DNA of 64,000 nt from Bacteroidales bacterium (GTDB taxonomy: Bacteria; Bacteroidota; Bacteroidia; Bacteroidales; FEN-979): the NCBI GenBank assembly GCA_023231005.1, contig JALNWG010000006.1:43060-107059 (forward strand). Direction: 5' to 3'. The notes under the pieces were generated by a model that saw only the letters and a list, made by a program, of their open reading frames with translations, was not told where the DNA came from and searched no databases. This document shows positions 30,511-39,737 of this stretch, one piece after another. Made by a program: the position numbers and the translations under genes. The first letter of the stretch is position 1. Every line of letters begins with the position of its first letter.

Positions 30511-33500
30511 TTATTTTGATACTTCGGCTTCTATTTCATTGACCCGGTTTGTTGTTTCCCTGAGATGTTCGTAGGAGATAAAGGCAGGAATCCCCTGCTC
30601 GATCAGAAAATTCAACCGGTTTATACTGGCCATAAATTCAGGATCAACCGCTGCCGGTACTCCCGCAGGAGTAGAAGCCGGAGAATCCAGGTACCGGCCA
30701 ACTGCCCTTTGAGGAACCCTTGCAAAATTGATTGCGTCAATCACATGGGGGTAGTTTACCATCAGGTTCTTGGTGGTTTTAGGATCAATGACGATTTCTT
30801 GACCGGTCTCGCTGATCAGCGTGGGCGTGGAATACAATCCAGTTTGGGGAGAATTTACCAGCGGAACATCTTTATAAAGTTTATTGTCATCCTGACCGAT
30901 AACGGAATAGCGGCCTTTGGCTGCTTCCGGTACTTTTTGGCTCAGGATGTAACCGATCTGAATTGCACCAAGTGCGGCTGTAATGATGCTGAGAACAATT
31001 CCGACACCGGGACCGGCACCCAGCGCTGAAGCGACCGCCGTGGCAACACTGATAAGGGCATTGAACAATGCAACTTCTTTGTTGCGCACAGCCTGGTCAT
31101 GTTCCATCTTCTTGCGCTTCTTGTCCAGGTCTTTATCCATTCTATTGACCTGCGCATCGTACTGGGCTTTTGTGATGAGTTTTGCATCAAGCTGTGCCTG
31201 AAGATTTGATTTCTTCTTGTTGTTAGCTTCTTCATCCTGCTTTAACTGCTGGTTTTCAGCATCAGTCTGCATGGAGAAGATGGCAGCCAGGCCATCAACA
31301 GCGCCTTTTGCCAGGGAAATGGCATCTTCTGAGACTCTTAGTGCTGTATCCTTTGAAAGCTGAACCTGCTTTGCAGCAACCTCTTCTGCCATTTGTTTTT
31401 TGATCTCGGCAGTCCGTGCTTCATCCTTGATGTTATCTTCAAGTATCTTCCTATACTTTGCATCTACTTCCAGGCGGATCTTCACCTGTTTTTCCGCCAG
31501 GTCGATATCGGATTTCAGGCGCAGGGTTTTTAGCTGCTCCTGGTAATCGAAAATGTTCTTGTCATCATTATCGACATGCTTTGCCACTACCGTTGCACCT
31601 TTTTGAGCAAACGTGTCCCGGATGGCTTGCTTCTGCTGCTCGGTTGCCTTGGTAACCGACAGCGTGTATTCCATTTCCTTTTGAAGCGAATCAAGGACTG
31701 CCTGCAAATACTCATCAGAATCCTTATCCATGGATTCCATTTTGGCATCCGCTTTTTCCTTCTCGATTTTGTACTGGGACTGAATTTCCTTTTCCGCATA
31801 TTTGAGGCGAATATCATCCTGCTTTTCTATCAGCTGATCTGTGAGAACTCGCCTGAGTTCTACTTCATCGGCTGAATTACCTTTGATTTTGTCTAGACGT
31901 TCACCCAACTTTTCCTCTTCAATGGCCAGTTCCCTGTCCATTTCTCCTTCGGTGACAGCCGCTCTGGCCTGGGCCAGTTGCTTCTTTATGTTGAGAAGGT
32001 AATCAGCCTGTTTCTTTGCCTTAGATTCTGCTTCTGCCGGGGTTCCTGTGGATGGATCAGATTTGTCGAACGACTGAATCTTTTTGTTCAGGTCCTTGAT
32101 CTTGCCCTGAACCCTGATAAAATCCTCTGAGCCTGCCACGGAGGCTTTCAGGGCAATCTGGTATTTTGAAAGTTTCGCTTCAAGGTTATCGAGCGATTCC
32201 CCAATGATTTTATCACCGATGCTTTCCGCGTTTAGCACATCGCTCAGCGATTGCTTTGCATCTTTGAACTGGGAGATTTTATCCTGGAGCTTTTTGATCC
32301 CTTGATCATAGGGCTTTGTTGCTTCGGTGCGGTTCTCCTGCGCATCAATGGCATTGTCAGCCACAGCCATAGCAGCGCCACCGGGACTGGCACCGCCTTT
32401 TACCGTATTCCAAACCCTTTGCAGGATCGTCGGTTTTGCTGCTGCTTCGCCAATAGATTTCTGTTTTGTCTGCATCAAAAGCAGTTCTGCTTCTGCCTGT
32501 TTGATGGTCAGGTCGATCTTTTCCTGAAGATCCTTTTTCTCCTGGACAGAAAGTAGGTTCAAATTTCTGACGGTACCTGCTACCTTCTCATATGCATCTT
32601 CAAGTTTCTTATTGGCCTCGGCCAGCAAAACAGTGGTTGAAGCCTTCAATTTCTCCAGGGCAATAGCCTGGCTATTGTACGTTTCGTATGTCTTGATCCC
32701 GGCAACCAAAGCAGTAATAGCGGCTATGACCAGTCCTATCGGGTTTGCTGCCATGGCAGCATTCCAAAGCCACTGGGCAGTAGTTGCCAGCTTGGTGGCG
32801 ATCGTACCGTTTCCTTTCCAAATGGCAAGCAACTGCTCTTTGACGATCAGGTATTCTAGAACCACGGCATCTTTCATTTTCAGAAGGATGCCTTCCTTTA
32901 AAGTCAGGTTGTTCAAAATTGCAACCTGGATTGATCTTGTCTGAGCTGCAATGTAAACCCCAATGGCACCGGTGAGTGCGATAAGAGCGATACGGTATTT
33001 GTCGATCCATTCGGGCAGTGCCTTAAGCCATGCCACCAGGTTTACCACTGCGCCAACCATTGATTTGAGAAACTCCGTCACACCCGGCAAGGTGATCAGC
33101 CGGTAAAACTCTTTCCCGAGTTTATCCAGGGTAGCTCCCAGGGTCGTGTTCTTGTCGTTGAATTGTCTGGTGATTTCATCAGTGCCCTGCAGAGACTTGC
33201 CGGCCAGGGCAACTTTCTGCTGGAGCATATCGGTATTGTTGCCAAGTTTGGCAAAGACTTCCGAGGCCCCGGCACCTGAAATTTCCAGTTCCCTGATCAG
33301 TTTTCCTAATATTGTTGCACCCTCTCCGCCTCTTTTGGATCCTTCGACAACTTTCACAAAAGCACCATAGAGATCAGTGTTTACCAGCGTTGTGAATTCC
33401 TGCAATGGGATCCCGGCCACCTTTGCAAAATCGGCGGTGTTGTAAGTCATCTTCATAAGGATCTTCGTCATTGCCGTTCCGCCCCGTTCGGTGGAAACTG

Positions 33501-34299
33501 CAAGCTCCTGGAGTGTGGCAGAAATGCCCATCACTTCAGCAGAAGATAACCCGAGCGACATACCTACACCACCAATTCTGTTTGAAAGATCGACCAGTAC
33601 TGGCGCAGTTGCAAAACCGTCAGCCCCTAATACATTGATTGCATTGCCCAAACGAAGCATATCATCAGAAACAGCAGAAGTTTTCATGTCTGTCAGGACA
33701 TTTCTGAGGGTTCCCATTTGCGTGGCAACCTCGCTTGCTCCACCCTGGATTTCAGCCCCGAGGGCGACATTGAGTTTGTCAATGGAATCTACAAATGGAA
33801 GGATATCCTTCTGAGCGATCCCAAGCTGCCCGGCAACCACAGCCATTTCCCGAAGGTCGCTTCGAGAAGTCCGGGTGTCGATCTTACCCAGTTCGGTATT
33901 CAGCTTTTTAACTTCATCAACAGTCAGTTTCGTGGTTTTGCGGATATCGGCCAGTGAATCTTCCAGTTTTGCATTGCCTTTGATAATACCAACCACAGCA
34001 GCGCCGAACCCGATAACTCCCACAGTGATCATCTGTAGCACCTGCTGGTATTTGTTGGCCTGGTCGGCCAGTTTTGAAAAAGCACCTCCAGTCTGGTTTA
34101 TCTCTCCCCTGAGGTCTTTAAGCCTGCCGTTGACTTTCTGAAACTCACGTTCTTTTTCGCCAAATTCCTTGGAGTTTACATTCAATTGGCGAAGTTCAGC
34201 ATTCAGTTTCCGTGCTTCTGCCTCCAATTGTTTAAGGGTAGCATTGGCTTTTTCACCGTTGAATATGACGGTGGCTGTGGACGTTTCGTTTTTAGCCAT
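30511..34299 (-). CDS. phage tail tape measure protein
   Basis: About 1260 aa (start MAKNETST at 34299 preferred). TP901-like core DLREMAVVAGQLGI...LNVALGAEIQGGASEVATQMG, central hydrophobic helices, and a very long K/E/A/Q coiled coil. Confidence 0.85.
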   Translation of the reverse strand: MAKNETSTATVIFNGEKANATLKQLEAEARKLNAELRQLNVNSKEFGEKEREFQKVNGRLKDLRGEINQTGGAFSKLADQANKYQQVLQMITVGVIGFGAAVVGIIKGNAKLEDSLADIRKTTKLTVDEVKKLNTELGKIDTRTSRSDLREMAVVAGQLGIAQKDILPFVDSIDKLNVALGAEIQGGASEVATQMGTLRNVLTDMKTSAVSDDMLRLGNAINVLGADGFATAPVLVDLSNRIGGVGMSLGLSSAEVMGISATLQELAVSTERGGTAMTKILMKMTYNTADFAKVAGIPLQEFTTLVNTDLYGAFVKVVEGSKRGGEGATILGKLIRELEISGAGASEVFAKLGNNTDMLQQKVALAGKSLQGTDEITRQFNDKNTTLGATLDKLGKEFYRLITLPGVTEFLKSMVGAVVNLVAWLKALPEWIDKYRIALIALTGAIGVYIAAQTRSIQVAILNNLTLKEGILLKMKDAVVLEYLIVKEQLLAIWKGNGTIATKLATTAQWLWNAAMAANPIGLVIAAITALVAGIKTYETYNSQAIALEKLKASTTVLLAEANKKLEDAYEKVAGTVRNLNLLSVQEKKDLQEKIDLTIKQAEAELLLMQTKQKSIGEAAAKPTILQRVWNTVKGGASPGGAAMAVADNAIDAQENRTEATKPYDQGIKKLQDKISQFKDAKQSLSDVLNAESIGDKIIGESLDNLEAKLSKYQIALKASVAGSEDFIRVQGKIKDLNKKIQSFDKSDPSTGTPAEAESKAKKQADYLLNIKKQLAQARAAVTEGEMDRELAIEEEKLGERLDKIKGNSADEVELRRVLTDQLIEKQDDIRLKYAEKEIQSQYKIEKEKADAKMESMDKDSDEYLQAVLDSLQKEMEYTLSVTKATEQQKQAIRDTFAQKGATVVAKHVDNDDKNIFDYQEQLKTLRLKSDIDLAEKQVKIRLEVDAKYRKILEDNIKDEARTAEIKKQMAEEVAAKQVQLSKDTALRVSEDAISLAKGAVDGLAAIFSMQTDAENQQLKQDEEANNKKKSNLQAQLDAKLITKAQYDAQVNRMDKDLDKKRKKMEHDQAVRNKEVALFNALISVATAVASALGAGPGVGIVLSIITAALGAIQIGYILSQKVPEAAKGRYSVIGQDDNKLYKDVPLVNSPQTGLYSTPTLISETGQEIVIDPKTTKNLMVNYPHVIDAINFARVPQRAVGRYLDSPASTPAGVPAAVDPEFMASINRLNFLIEQGIPAFISYEHLRETTNRVNEIEAEVSK

Positions 34300-34732
34300 T
34301 GTTGATTGATTTATCGGAAACATTTTCGGTAATGGCGATCACACCCCTGTGGCCGTATTCTTTGGCAAATATTTCGCTCAGCTTCATCACTTCGGCATGA
34401 AAAGTCTTGGAATACCATTTCTTTGGTCTCCTTCGGTTTCCAAGCATTTTCCCAGAGAGTCGGCGGGATGTGGCAGATTCTTTCACATCACCGATCTTGA
34501 CACCCCTGCCGACACCCATATCCACAAAGCGACCGTAATACTCAAAAAGCAGGGTGATTTTCAGCACATTTCCTTGTGCTGATGCCAGAACATTGTATTG
34601 AAAGCTTTGGAGAAGTGATCCGGAATTGCCCACCTTATTAATGGCGAGCTTCTTTTTCCATTTGATAATAGTGATTTTAGCCCAGGCTTCGGCTATTTCA
34701 CGCTCGGAAAGTTTGGGTTGGGAGGATTGCAT
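34292..34732 (-). CDS. phage protein upstream of the tape measure (possible tail-assembly role)
   Basis: The ATG at 34732 (MQSSQPKLSEREIAEAW) is preferred over the TTG at 34756. Basic C-terminal half. Position only. Confidence 0.4.
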   Translation of the reverse strand: MQSSQPKLSEREIAEAWAKITIIKWKKKLAINKVGNSGSLLQSFQYNVLASAQGNVLKITLLFEYYGRFVDMGVGRGVKIGDVKESATSRRLSGKMLGNRRRPKKWYSKTFHAEVMKLSEIFAKEYGHRGVIAITENVSDKSINNG

Positions 34733-34757
34733 TGGGCAAAGAAAAGCCCAATGCAAT
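34726..34757 (-). promoter_or_regulatory. perfect 12-bp hairpin enclosing the ATG of the 34732 gene
   Basis: attgcattgggc (34726-34737) pairs with gcccaatgcaat (34746-34757), with an 8-nt loop. On the mRNA the ATG lies in the 3' arm. Confidence 0.4.
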
Positions 34758-34771
34758 GATTTATAAAGGAC

Positions 34772-34795
34772 AAAAAAAGCCAGTCAATGACTGGC
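34772..34795 (-). terminator. rho-independent terminator closing cassette 1
   Basis: Minus-strand gccagtca-t-tgactggc followed by TTTTTTT. Lies 31 nt after the stop at 34826. Confidence 0.7.
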
Positions 34796-34825
34796 TAAAA
34801 TCAAAATGAAATGGACATTACCTGT

Positions 34826-35389
34826 CTACCAGTGATAATTGTGATGGTGGTAATGATTGTACCGCAGGGATTGCATATTGTTATAACACTGGCTTGCCTG
34901 GCTTGAAAAGTATCCGGTCATGTTATATCCCTGCATCTTATGGTACATCGTGCTGTCATGCGACCAGCAGTCGCCGAATCCTTGCCAATTCTGGAATTGT
35001 AGGGTATCGAGTCCGCATTGCCAGTTGCCCATGTTCCAATTGCCACCTCCCATATTCCAGTTCCATCCGCCATTACCATAGTTTTGCCCGCCATGGTTGG
35101 CATATATGTTACGGCAATAATCATAAAAATTATATGAAAACAAACTGTCGTACTGATTGAACTGGTGCCAGTAAAAATAACAGCTATCATGACTGCCCGA
35201 TCCTGTACGCTGATGAAAACTTACCAGGAGTGCATCGTTGGCCGTGGCTGCCTTATAATTATTCTGCATTGCGTTGGCTTGAGCAAGAGGATCGGGAGTC
35301 GTGGTCGTTGTGCTCTCTTTCTTGCAGCCGACCAGAGCTATGAGCAAAGAAAAAGTAAGAATGAAAAGACTGTTTCTCAAATTTTTCAT
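34826..35389 (-). CDS. Trp/Asn/Gly/Tyr/His-rich lipoprotein, paralogue of the Met-rich lipoprotein at 60922-61473
   Basis: Lipobox LVGC. GGWNWNMGGGNWNMGNW repeat. C-terminus YNHYHHHNYHW. Shared anchors with the Met-rich protein: TTPD, LLV..H...G, DS.C, YDSL, YC, NMQS. Confidence 0.6.
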   Translation of the reverse strand: MKNLRNSLFILTFSLLIALVGCKKESTTTTTPDPLAQANAMQNNYKAATANDALLVSFHQRTGSGSHDSCYFYWHQFNQYDSLFSYNFYDYCRNIYANHGGQNYGNGGWNWNMGGGNWNMGNWQCGLDTLQFQNWQGFGDCWSHDSTMYHKMQGYNMTGYFSSQASQCYNNMQSLRYNHYHHHNYHW

Positions 35390-35532
35390 GTTTTCTTTGG
35401 ATAAAAATGTTTTTGAAACAAACGGATTAAATTACTTATTATTATATGTAGATGCGATGATGTAAGAATGGTTGCTTCAAACTGGAAAATTTATTTTTAC
35501 GAAACTTCCGGGTAAATATTGATTTGCTTCAA

Positions 35533-36048
35533 CTATTCCAATTCAAAACCTGCTTTCTTAATTTGGCCTTCTAAATCAGAGTATTTGATAATTTTGTGGT
35601 CGTACTCAATGTAAACCTGGTTCGATTTTTTATTCAGCTTGAAGTTTTTAACACCCTTGATACTGGATAAAATCTCACTCAGTTGCTTATCCTGCCCTTC
35701 TTTTAATCTGGTAAAACAAATTACCGTTTTATCTTCATCTATTGTAATATCCTTAACAATATCTTTCCCCTGAGCATCCCGAATGATCCGGGCATCCAGA
35801 TAAAGCCCGAACGGCAATTGGGATAATTTCGTTTTCTTATTATTAAATTTAACGGTCATGTTTGTATCGACATTAACCGGCAAACAAGCTGCCGAGCCAT
35901 ACACACAAATGACAATTCTATCGTTACCCATCTTTTCATTTCCGATGGTTCCAGTGATTTTTTCCTGGTTCTGGGAAAAGACAGATGAAAATCCGGTTAA
36001 TGAGACCAGAAATATGACGACGATTATTTTTAATTGATATTTTTTCAT
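35533..36048 (-). CDS. secreted protein with C-terminal HMA-like (ferredoxin-fold) region lacking CxxC
   Basis: Signal peptide. The C-terminal IKGVKNFKLNKKSNQVYIEYDHKIIKYSDLEGQIKKAGFELE has an HMA-like pattern without the metal-binding Cys pair. Confidence 0.4.
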   Translation of the reverse strand: MKKYQLKIIVVIFLVSLTGFSSVFSQNQEKITGTIGNEKMGNDRIVICVYGSAACLPVNVDTNMTVKFNNKKTKLSQLPFGLYLDARIIRDAQGKDIVKDITIDEDKTVICFTRLKEGQDKQLSEILSSIKGVKNFKLNKKSNQVYIEYDHKIIKYSDLEGQIKKAGFELE

Positions 36049-36093
36049 TAGTCAGAATTTTAATAGGTTTAAAAAGATTAACTTACATGATTT

Positions 36094-36480
36094 TTACAAT
36101 GATTTTATCACTGCCTGGAGTTTTGCTGTTATTTCCTGCGCAATGCCTGCCAGGTCAGGATTTTTAATAGCCATCATGGATGCGATGGGATTCACGGCTG
36201 ATATTTCAATACGATCTACAGCAAATTCCTGGACAATGACGTTACATGGCAACATTGTCCCGACTTTGTCTTCGGCCTGAAGCGCTTTGTAGGCATAGGG
36301 TGGATTACAGGCTCCCAGAATCCTGTACCGGCGAAAATCCACATTCAACTTTTCTTTGAGTTTTTCATGGATGTTGATTTCGGAGATAACGCCAAACCCT
36401 TCTTTTTTAAGGGCTTCTGTGGTTTTTTGTACAGCTTCGTCAAACGAAGTTTCCAATGTTTTGCTGAAATAATATTCCAT
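36094..36480 (-). CDS. DUF302 domain protein
   Basis: 128 aa. AVQKTTEALKKEGFGVISEINIHEKLKEKL...YRILGACNP is the DUF302 pattern as I recall it. Confidence 0.7.
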   Translation of the reverse strand: MEYYFSKTLETSFDEAVQKTTEALKKEGFGVISEINIHEKLKEKLNVDFRRYRILGACNPPYAYKALQAEDKVGTMLPCNVIVQEFAVDRIEISAVNPIASMMAIKNPDLAGIAQEITAKLQAVIKSL

Positions 36481-36531
36481 GTTTAAACAATTTAACGGTT
36501 ATTAATACTAATTACTGATTAAAGATAAGGT

Positions 36532-37131
36532 CTATTTTAAACTTTCAAAATAAAAATGATTTACACGATACATCTTATAATAATCATCATAGATTAACAA
36601 TTCCTCATCTGATTTGAAATATAAATCAATCAGATCGTGAAACTTTTTATTCGTGGGGAAGGAGGATTCCAAATTTGATAAATTCAATTCTTTCAAAGGG
36701 CTGTCCGATTTTTCACTAAAGAAATATGAGATTGTATGACTTGAGTTATTGCCCCTGGGATTCATATTTCTAATATAATGTTTCTGGTAAATAATAATAG
36801 AGGATCTATCAATGATCTCAAACTCTTGATTTTTGAATATCCTGTACTCTTTCCCATTACACAAACGATAACCCCAAATAGAAGATTTAGCTAATTTAAA
36901 AGTTGAATCATGATATGAAATACGAACCGTTTTTCGTTGATCAAAATCGGAATTCTTAATGCTGTTCCTGTTGTTCAGACAGTTTGTTTCGTAGGTAAGT
37001 TTACCTTTTGAGAAATCATCTGAGGTCATATACAAGCCGCTTTTACTTGTCTTTGAATCAACTGCCTGTCCTTTGCAAGTACCAGCAAACACTACCAGGA
37101 TTACTGAAAATAATAATGTTGTCTTTTTCAT
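36532..37131 (-). CDS. secreted hypothetical protein (very AT-rich gene)
   Basis: The start at 37131 (MKKTTLLFSVILVVFAGTCKGQ) is preferred. The track start at 37221 would overlap the ATPase. A spot line at 36541 is 20% GC. Confidence 0.4.
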   Translation of the reverse strand: MKKTTLLFSVILVVFAGTCKGQAVDSKTSKSGLYMTSDDFSKGKLTYETNCLNNRNSIKNSDFDQRKTVRISYHDSTFKLAKSSIWGYRLCNGKEYRIFKNQEFEIIDRSSIIIYQKHYIRNMNPRGNNSSHTISYFFSEKSDSPLKELNLSNLESSFPTNKKFHDLIDLYFKSDEELLIYDDYYKMYRVNHFYFESLK

Positions 37132-37186
37132 AACTATCCAGATTAAATATAAAAAAAAGAAGGGACTTCGTGACCCGCAATTAATT

Positions 37187-39283
37187 TTAAGATGAAATAT
37201 TCTTTTGAACTCTGATAGCATTAAAAACTGCTATCAAAGCAACACCCATATCACCGAAAACTGCCTCCCACATTGTGGCAATACCAAAAATTCCCAGAAC
37301 AATAAAAAGCAGTTTGACGGTCATGGCAAAGAGGATGTTCTGCCAAACGATGATCCGGGTCCGTTTTGCCAGGTCTATCGCCATGGCCACCTTCGATGGT
37401 GAATCGGTCATCAGAACGACATCGGCAGTTTCAATGGCGGCATCCGAGCCAAGTGCTCCCATTGCAATACCAACGTCTGCACGGGCAATCACCGGGGAAT
37501 CATTTATGCCATCGCCGACGAAGGCTACTTTGCCGCCTTTGCTTTCAGACATTAATCTCTCGATATGATTGACTTTATCTTCTGGGAGAAGCTGAGAAAA
37601 GAATTTGCCAATATTTAATTTCCGGGCAAAGGCGGATGCAGCATATTGGTTATCGCCGGTAAGCATGACGGTCTGAATGTTCCTGGCATTCAGCTTTTCG
37701 ATGGCTTCAATCGCATCATCTTTCAGGGAATCCGAAATAATGATATACCCGGCATATCTCGCATCAATGGCAATGTGGACAACCGTTCCTTCAACCTCGC
37801 AAACCGGATGTTGAATGTTCTCTTTATGCAACAGTTTATCATTTCCGGCAAGAACTGTTTTACCGTCAATAATTGCCCGGATGCCAAATCCTGAAATTTC
37901 ATCTACCTGCTTAATCCTGGAGTAGTCGATCTTCCGGTCAAACTTTTCAGTAATTGATTTCGCAATGGGATGGTTGGAACTTGACTCAGCATAGGCGGCG
38001 AATTCCAGTATTTCTGAGGCAGAAAACCCGTTCGATGTAACAATCTCGGAAACTTTGAATTCACCTTTAGTCAGCGTACCTGTCTTGTCGAATACCACGG
38101 TTTTAACCTTCGTCAGTGCATCCAGAAAATTTGACCCTTTGACCAGGATACCTCGTTTTGAAGCGGCCCCTATTCCACCGAAATAGCCCAGCGGAATACT
38201 GATCACCAGGGCACACGGACATGAAATTACAAGCACTACCAAGGCCCGGTAAATCCAGTCGCTAAACGTTTGGCCATTGAATAACAGCGGTGGCAAAATG
38301 GCAAGCATCAATGCCCCAATAACCACCACCGGCGTATAATATTTAGCAAACGTGGTGATGAATTTCTCGGTCTCTGCTTTTTTTGACGAGGCGTTCTCGA
38401 CCATTTCAAGGATTTTTGAAACGGACGATTCACCAAATAATTTAGTCACGCTGATGGTGAGCAAGCCTGTTTGATTTATCATACCGGCCAGCACCGTATC
38501 CTTCTCATTGACCTTTCTTGGAACACTTTCTCCTGTAAGAGCTGAAGTATCCAAAAAAGAGATACCTTCGACGATAACACCGTCAAGTGGAATTTTCTCC
38601 CCGGCTTTAACGATAATGGTATCACCAACCCTGACAGCTTCAGGGTCGACCCTTGAGACCTCTCCATTCACTGACAAATTTGCGTAGTCGGGCTTTATCT
38701 CAAGCAGAGATTTGATGGATCTCCGGGAACGATTCACGGCAATATCCTGGAACAACTCTCCGACAACATAAAAGAGCATGACAGCTACCGCTTCAGGCAT
38801 CTGGTCAATGGCAAATGCTCCAAGGGTTGCCACTACCATCAAAAAATGCTCATTGAAAACCTGGCCTTTGACAATATTTTTTCCAGCCGACACAAGGACC
38901 TTCCATCCGGTGATGAGATATGCTGCTCCAAAAACAAGGTATTCCAGATAATGATACGGAGTATCATGAAGATAGTCCTCAAATATCAACCCTGAAACCA
39001 ACAATAAAAGACCCAGAGAAGCTTTAATAATAGTCTGTCTGTTTTCAGCGAGTTCACTGACTGAAATCATCGCTTTCCCTTTATCATCCGTTTCAATCTC
39101 AACTTCCGGTTCAATCTCTTTGATCCTGGATTTCACCTTATCTATGTCATCCGTATCGATTGTCATGGTTGAATGAACGAAGTTTACATTGACAAACTTC
39201 ACTTCTCCCATTTTGGTTAGACCGTCTTCTATTTTTGCGGCACATGATGCGCAATCAAGGTTCTTCAGTTTGTACTTTTTCAT
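37187..39283 (-). CDS. heavy-metal P-type ATPase, P1B-2 (Zn/Cd/Pb) signature
   Basis: N-terminal HMA CASCAAKIE. TM6 CPCALVISIP (CPCx4SxP). DKTGTLT, SNHP, GDGINDSP. TM7 NILFAMTVK (Nx7K). TM8 GDMG (DxG). Confidence 0.9.
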   Translation of the reverse strand: MKKYKLKNLDCASCAAKIEDGLTKMGEVKFVNVNFVHSTMTIDTDDIDKVKSRIKEIEPEVEIETDDKGKAMISVSELAENRQTIIKASLGLLLLVSGLIFEDYLHDTPYHYLEYLVFGAAYLITGWKVLVSAGKNIVKGQVFNEHFLMVVATLGAFAIDQMPEAVAVMLFYVVGELFQDIAVNRSRRSIKSLLEIKPDYANLSVNGEVSRVDPEAVRVGDTIIVKAGEKIPLDGVIVEGISFLDTSALTGESVPRKVNEKDTVLAGMINQTGLLTISVTKLFGESSVSKILEMVENASSKKAETEKFITTFAKYYTPVVVIGALMLAILPPLLFNGQTFSDWIYRALVVLVISCPCALVISIPLGYFGGIGAASKRGILVKGSNFLDALTKVKTVVFDKTGTLTKGEFKVSEIVTSNGFSASEILEFAAYAESSSNHPIAKSITEKFDRKIDYSRIKQVDEISGFGIRAIIDGKTVLAGNDKLLHKENIQHPVCEVEGTVVHIAIDARYAGYIIISDSLKDDAIEAIEKLNARNIQTVMLTGDNQYAASAFARKLNIGKFFSQLLPEDKVNHIERLMSESKGGKVAFVGDGINDSPVIARADVGIAMGALGSDAAIETADVVLMTDSPSKVAMAIDLAKRTRIIVWQNILFAMTVKLLFIVLGIFGIATMWEAVFGDMGVALIAVFNAIRVQKNISS

Positions 39284-39339
39284 TGTTATCCATTTATGAA
39301 AACTTTCAACAATCTGCCTTACTAAAATAAAATGTCAAA

Positions 39340-39373
39340 GTTCAGTCCGTCCGGTTATACGGGCGGACTGAAC
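39340..39373 (-). other. 14-bp stem hairpin (one mismatch) between the PII-like gene and the ATPase gene
   Basis: gttcagtccgtccg (39340-39353) pairs with cgggcggactgaac (39360-39373), loop gttata. Only a weak U-tract follows on the minus strand. Confidence 0.4.
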
Positions 39374-39380
39374 AACATTC

Positions 39381-39719
39381 TCAATCTTGACCATTCTCCA
39401 TGCCGGTTTTTACGCGATAAACTTTTTCGACAGGACTGACAGTAATTATCCCATCTCCAGGATTTCCTGTTCTTCCGACAGAAGAAATGATACTAACTAT
39501 ATTTTCAACTTCGGTATCCTTACAGATAATTCCAATTACAGCTACTTTACTGTCAGTAATTGAAAAATGCGTTGACAGTGTTGAATCACTGTTTTTAAAG
39601 TTACCTGTGCCTTCGGATAAGTCAACTGTGATATTAGGATGCCCGGCTTCGAGAAGCTGGTTTAAAATATCATTGACTTTGAAGGGTTTAACTATGGCTT
39701 TTACTTCTTTCATATTCAT
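39381..39719 (-). CDS. PII-superfamily protein with divergent T-loop (metal-efflux-linked PII-NG type)
   Basis: MKEVKAIVKPFKV... and GDGIITVSPVEKVYRVKTG parallel GlnB. The T-loop region lacks the GlnB Tyr51 context. Confidence 0.7.
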   Translation of the reverse strand: MNMKEVKAIVKPFKVNDILNQLLEAGHPNITVDLSEGTGNFKNSDSTLSTHFSITDSKVAVIGIICKDTEVENIVSIISSVGRTGNPGDGIITVSPVEKVYRVKTGMENGQD

Positions 39720-39737
39720 ATTTTTTTAGAATTAATT

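Noticed and set aside
24661-34732. A contractile injection system, tailocin or T6SS-like interpretation of the tail module.
   Set aside because: No sheath, tube, gp25/gp27-like, spike-PAAR or AAA+ genes are recognisable. A long tape measure together with portal-like and lysis genes fits a (pro)phage better. A tailocin-like remnant cannot be fully excluded without searches.
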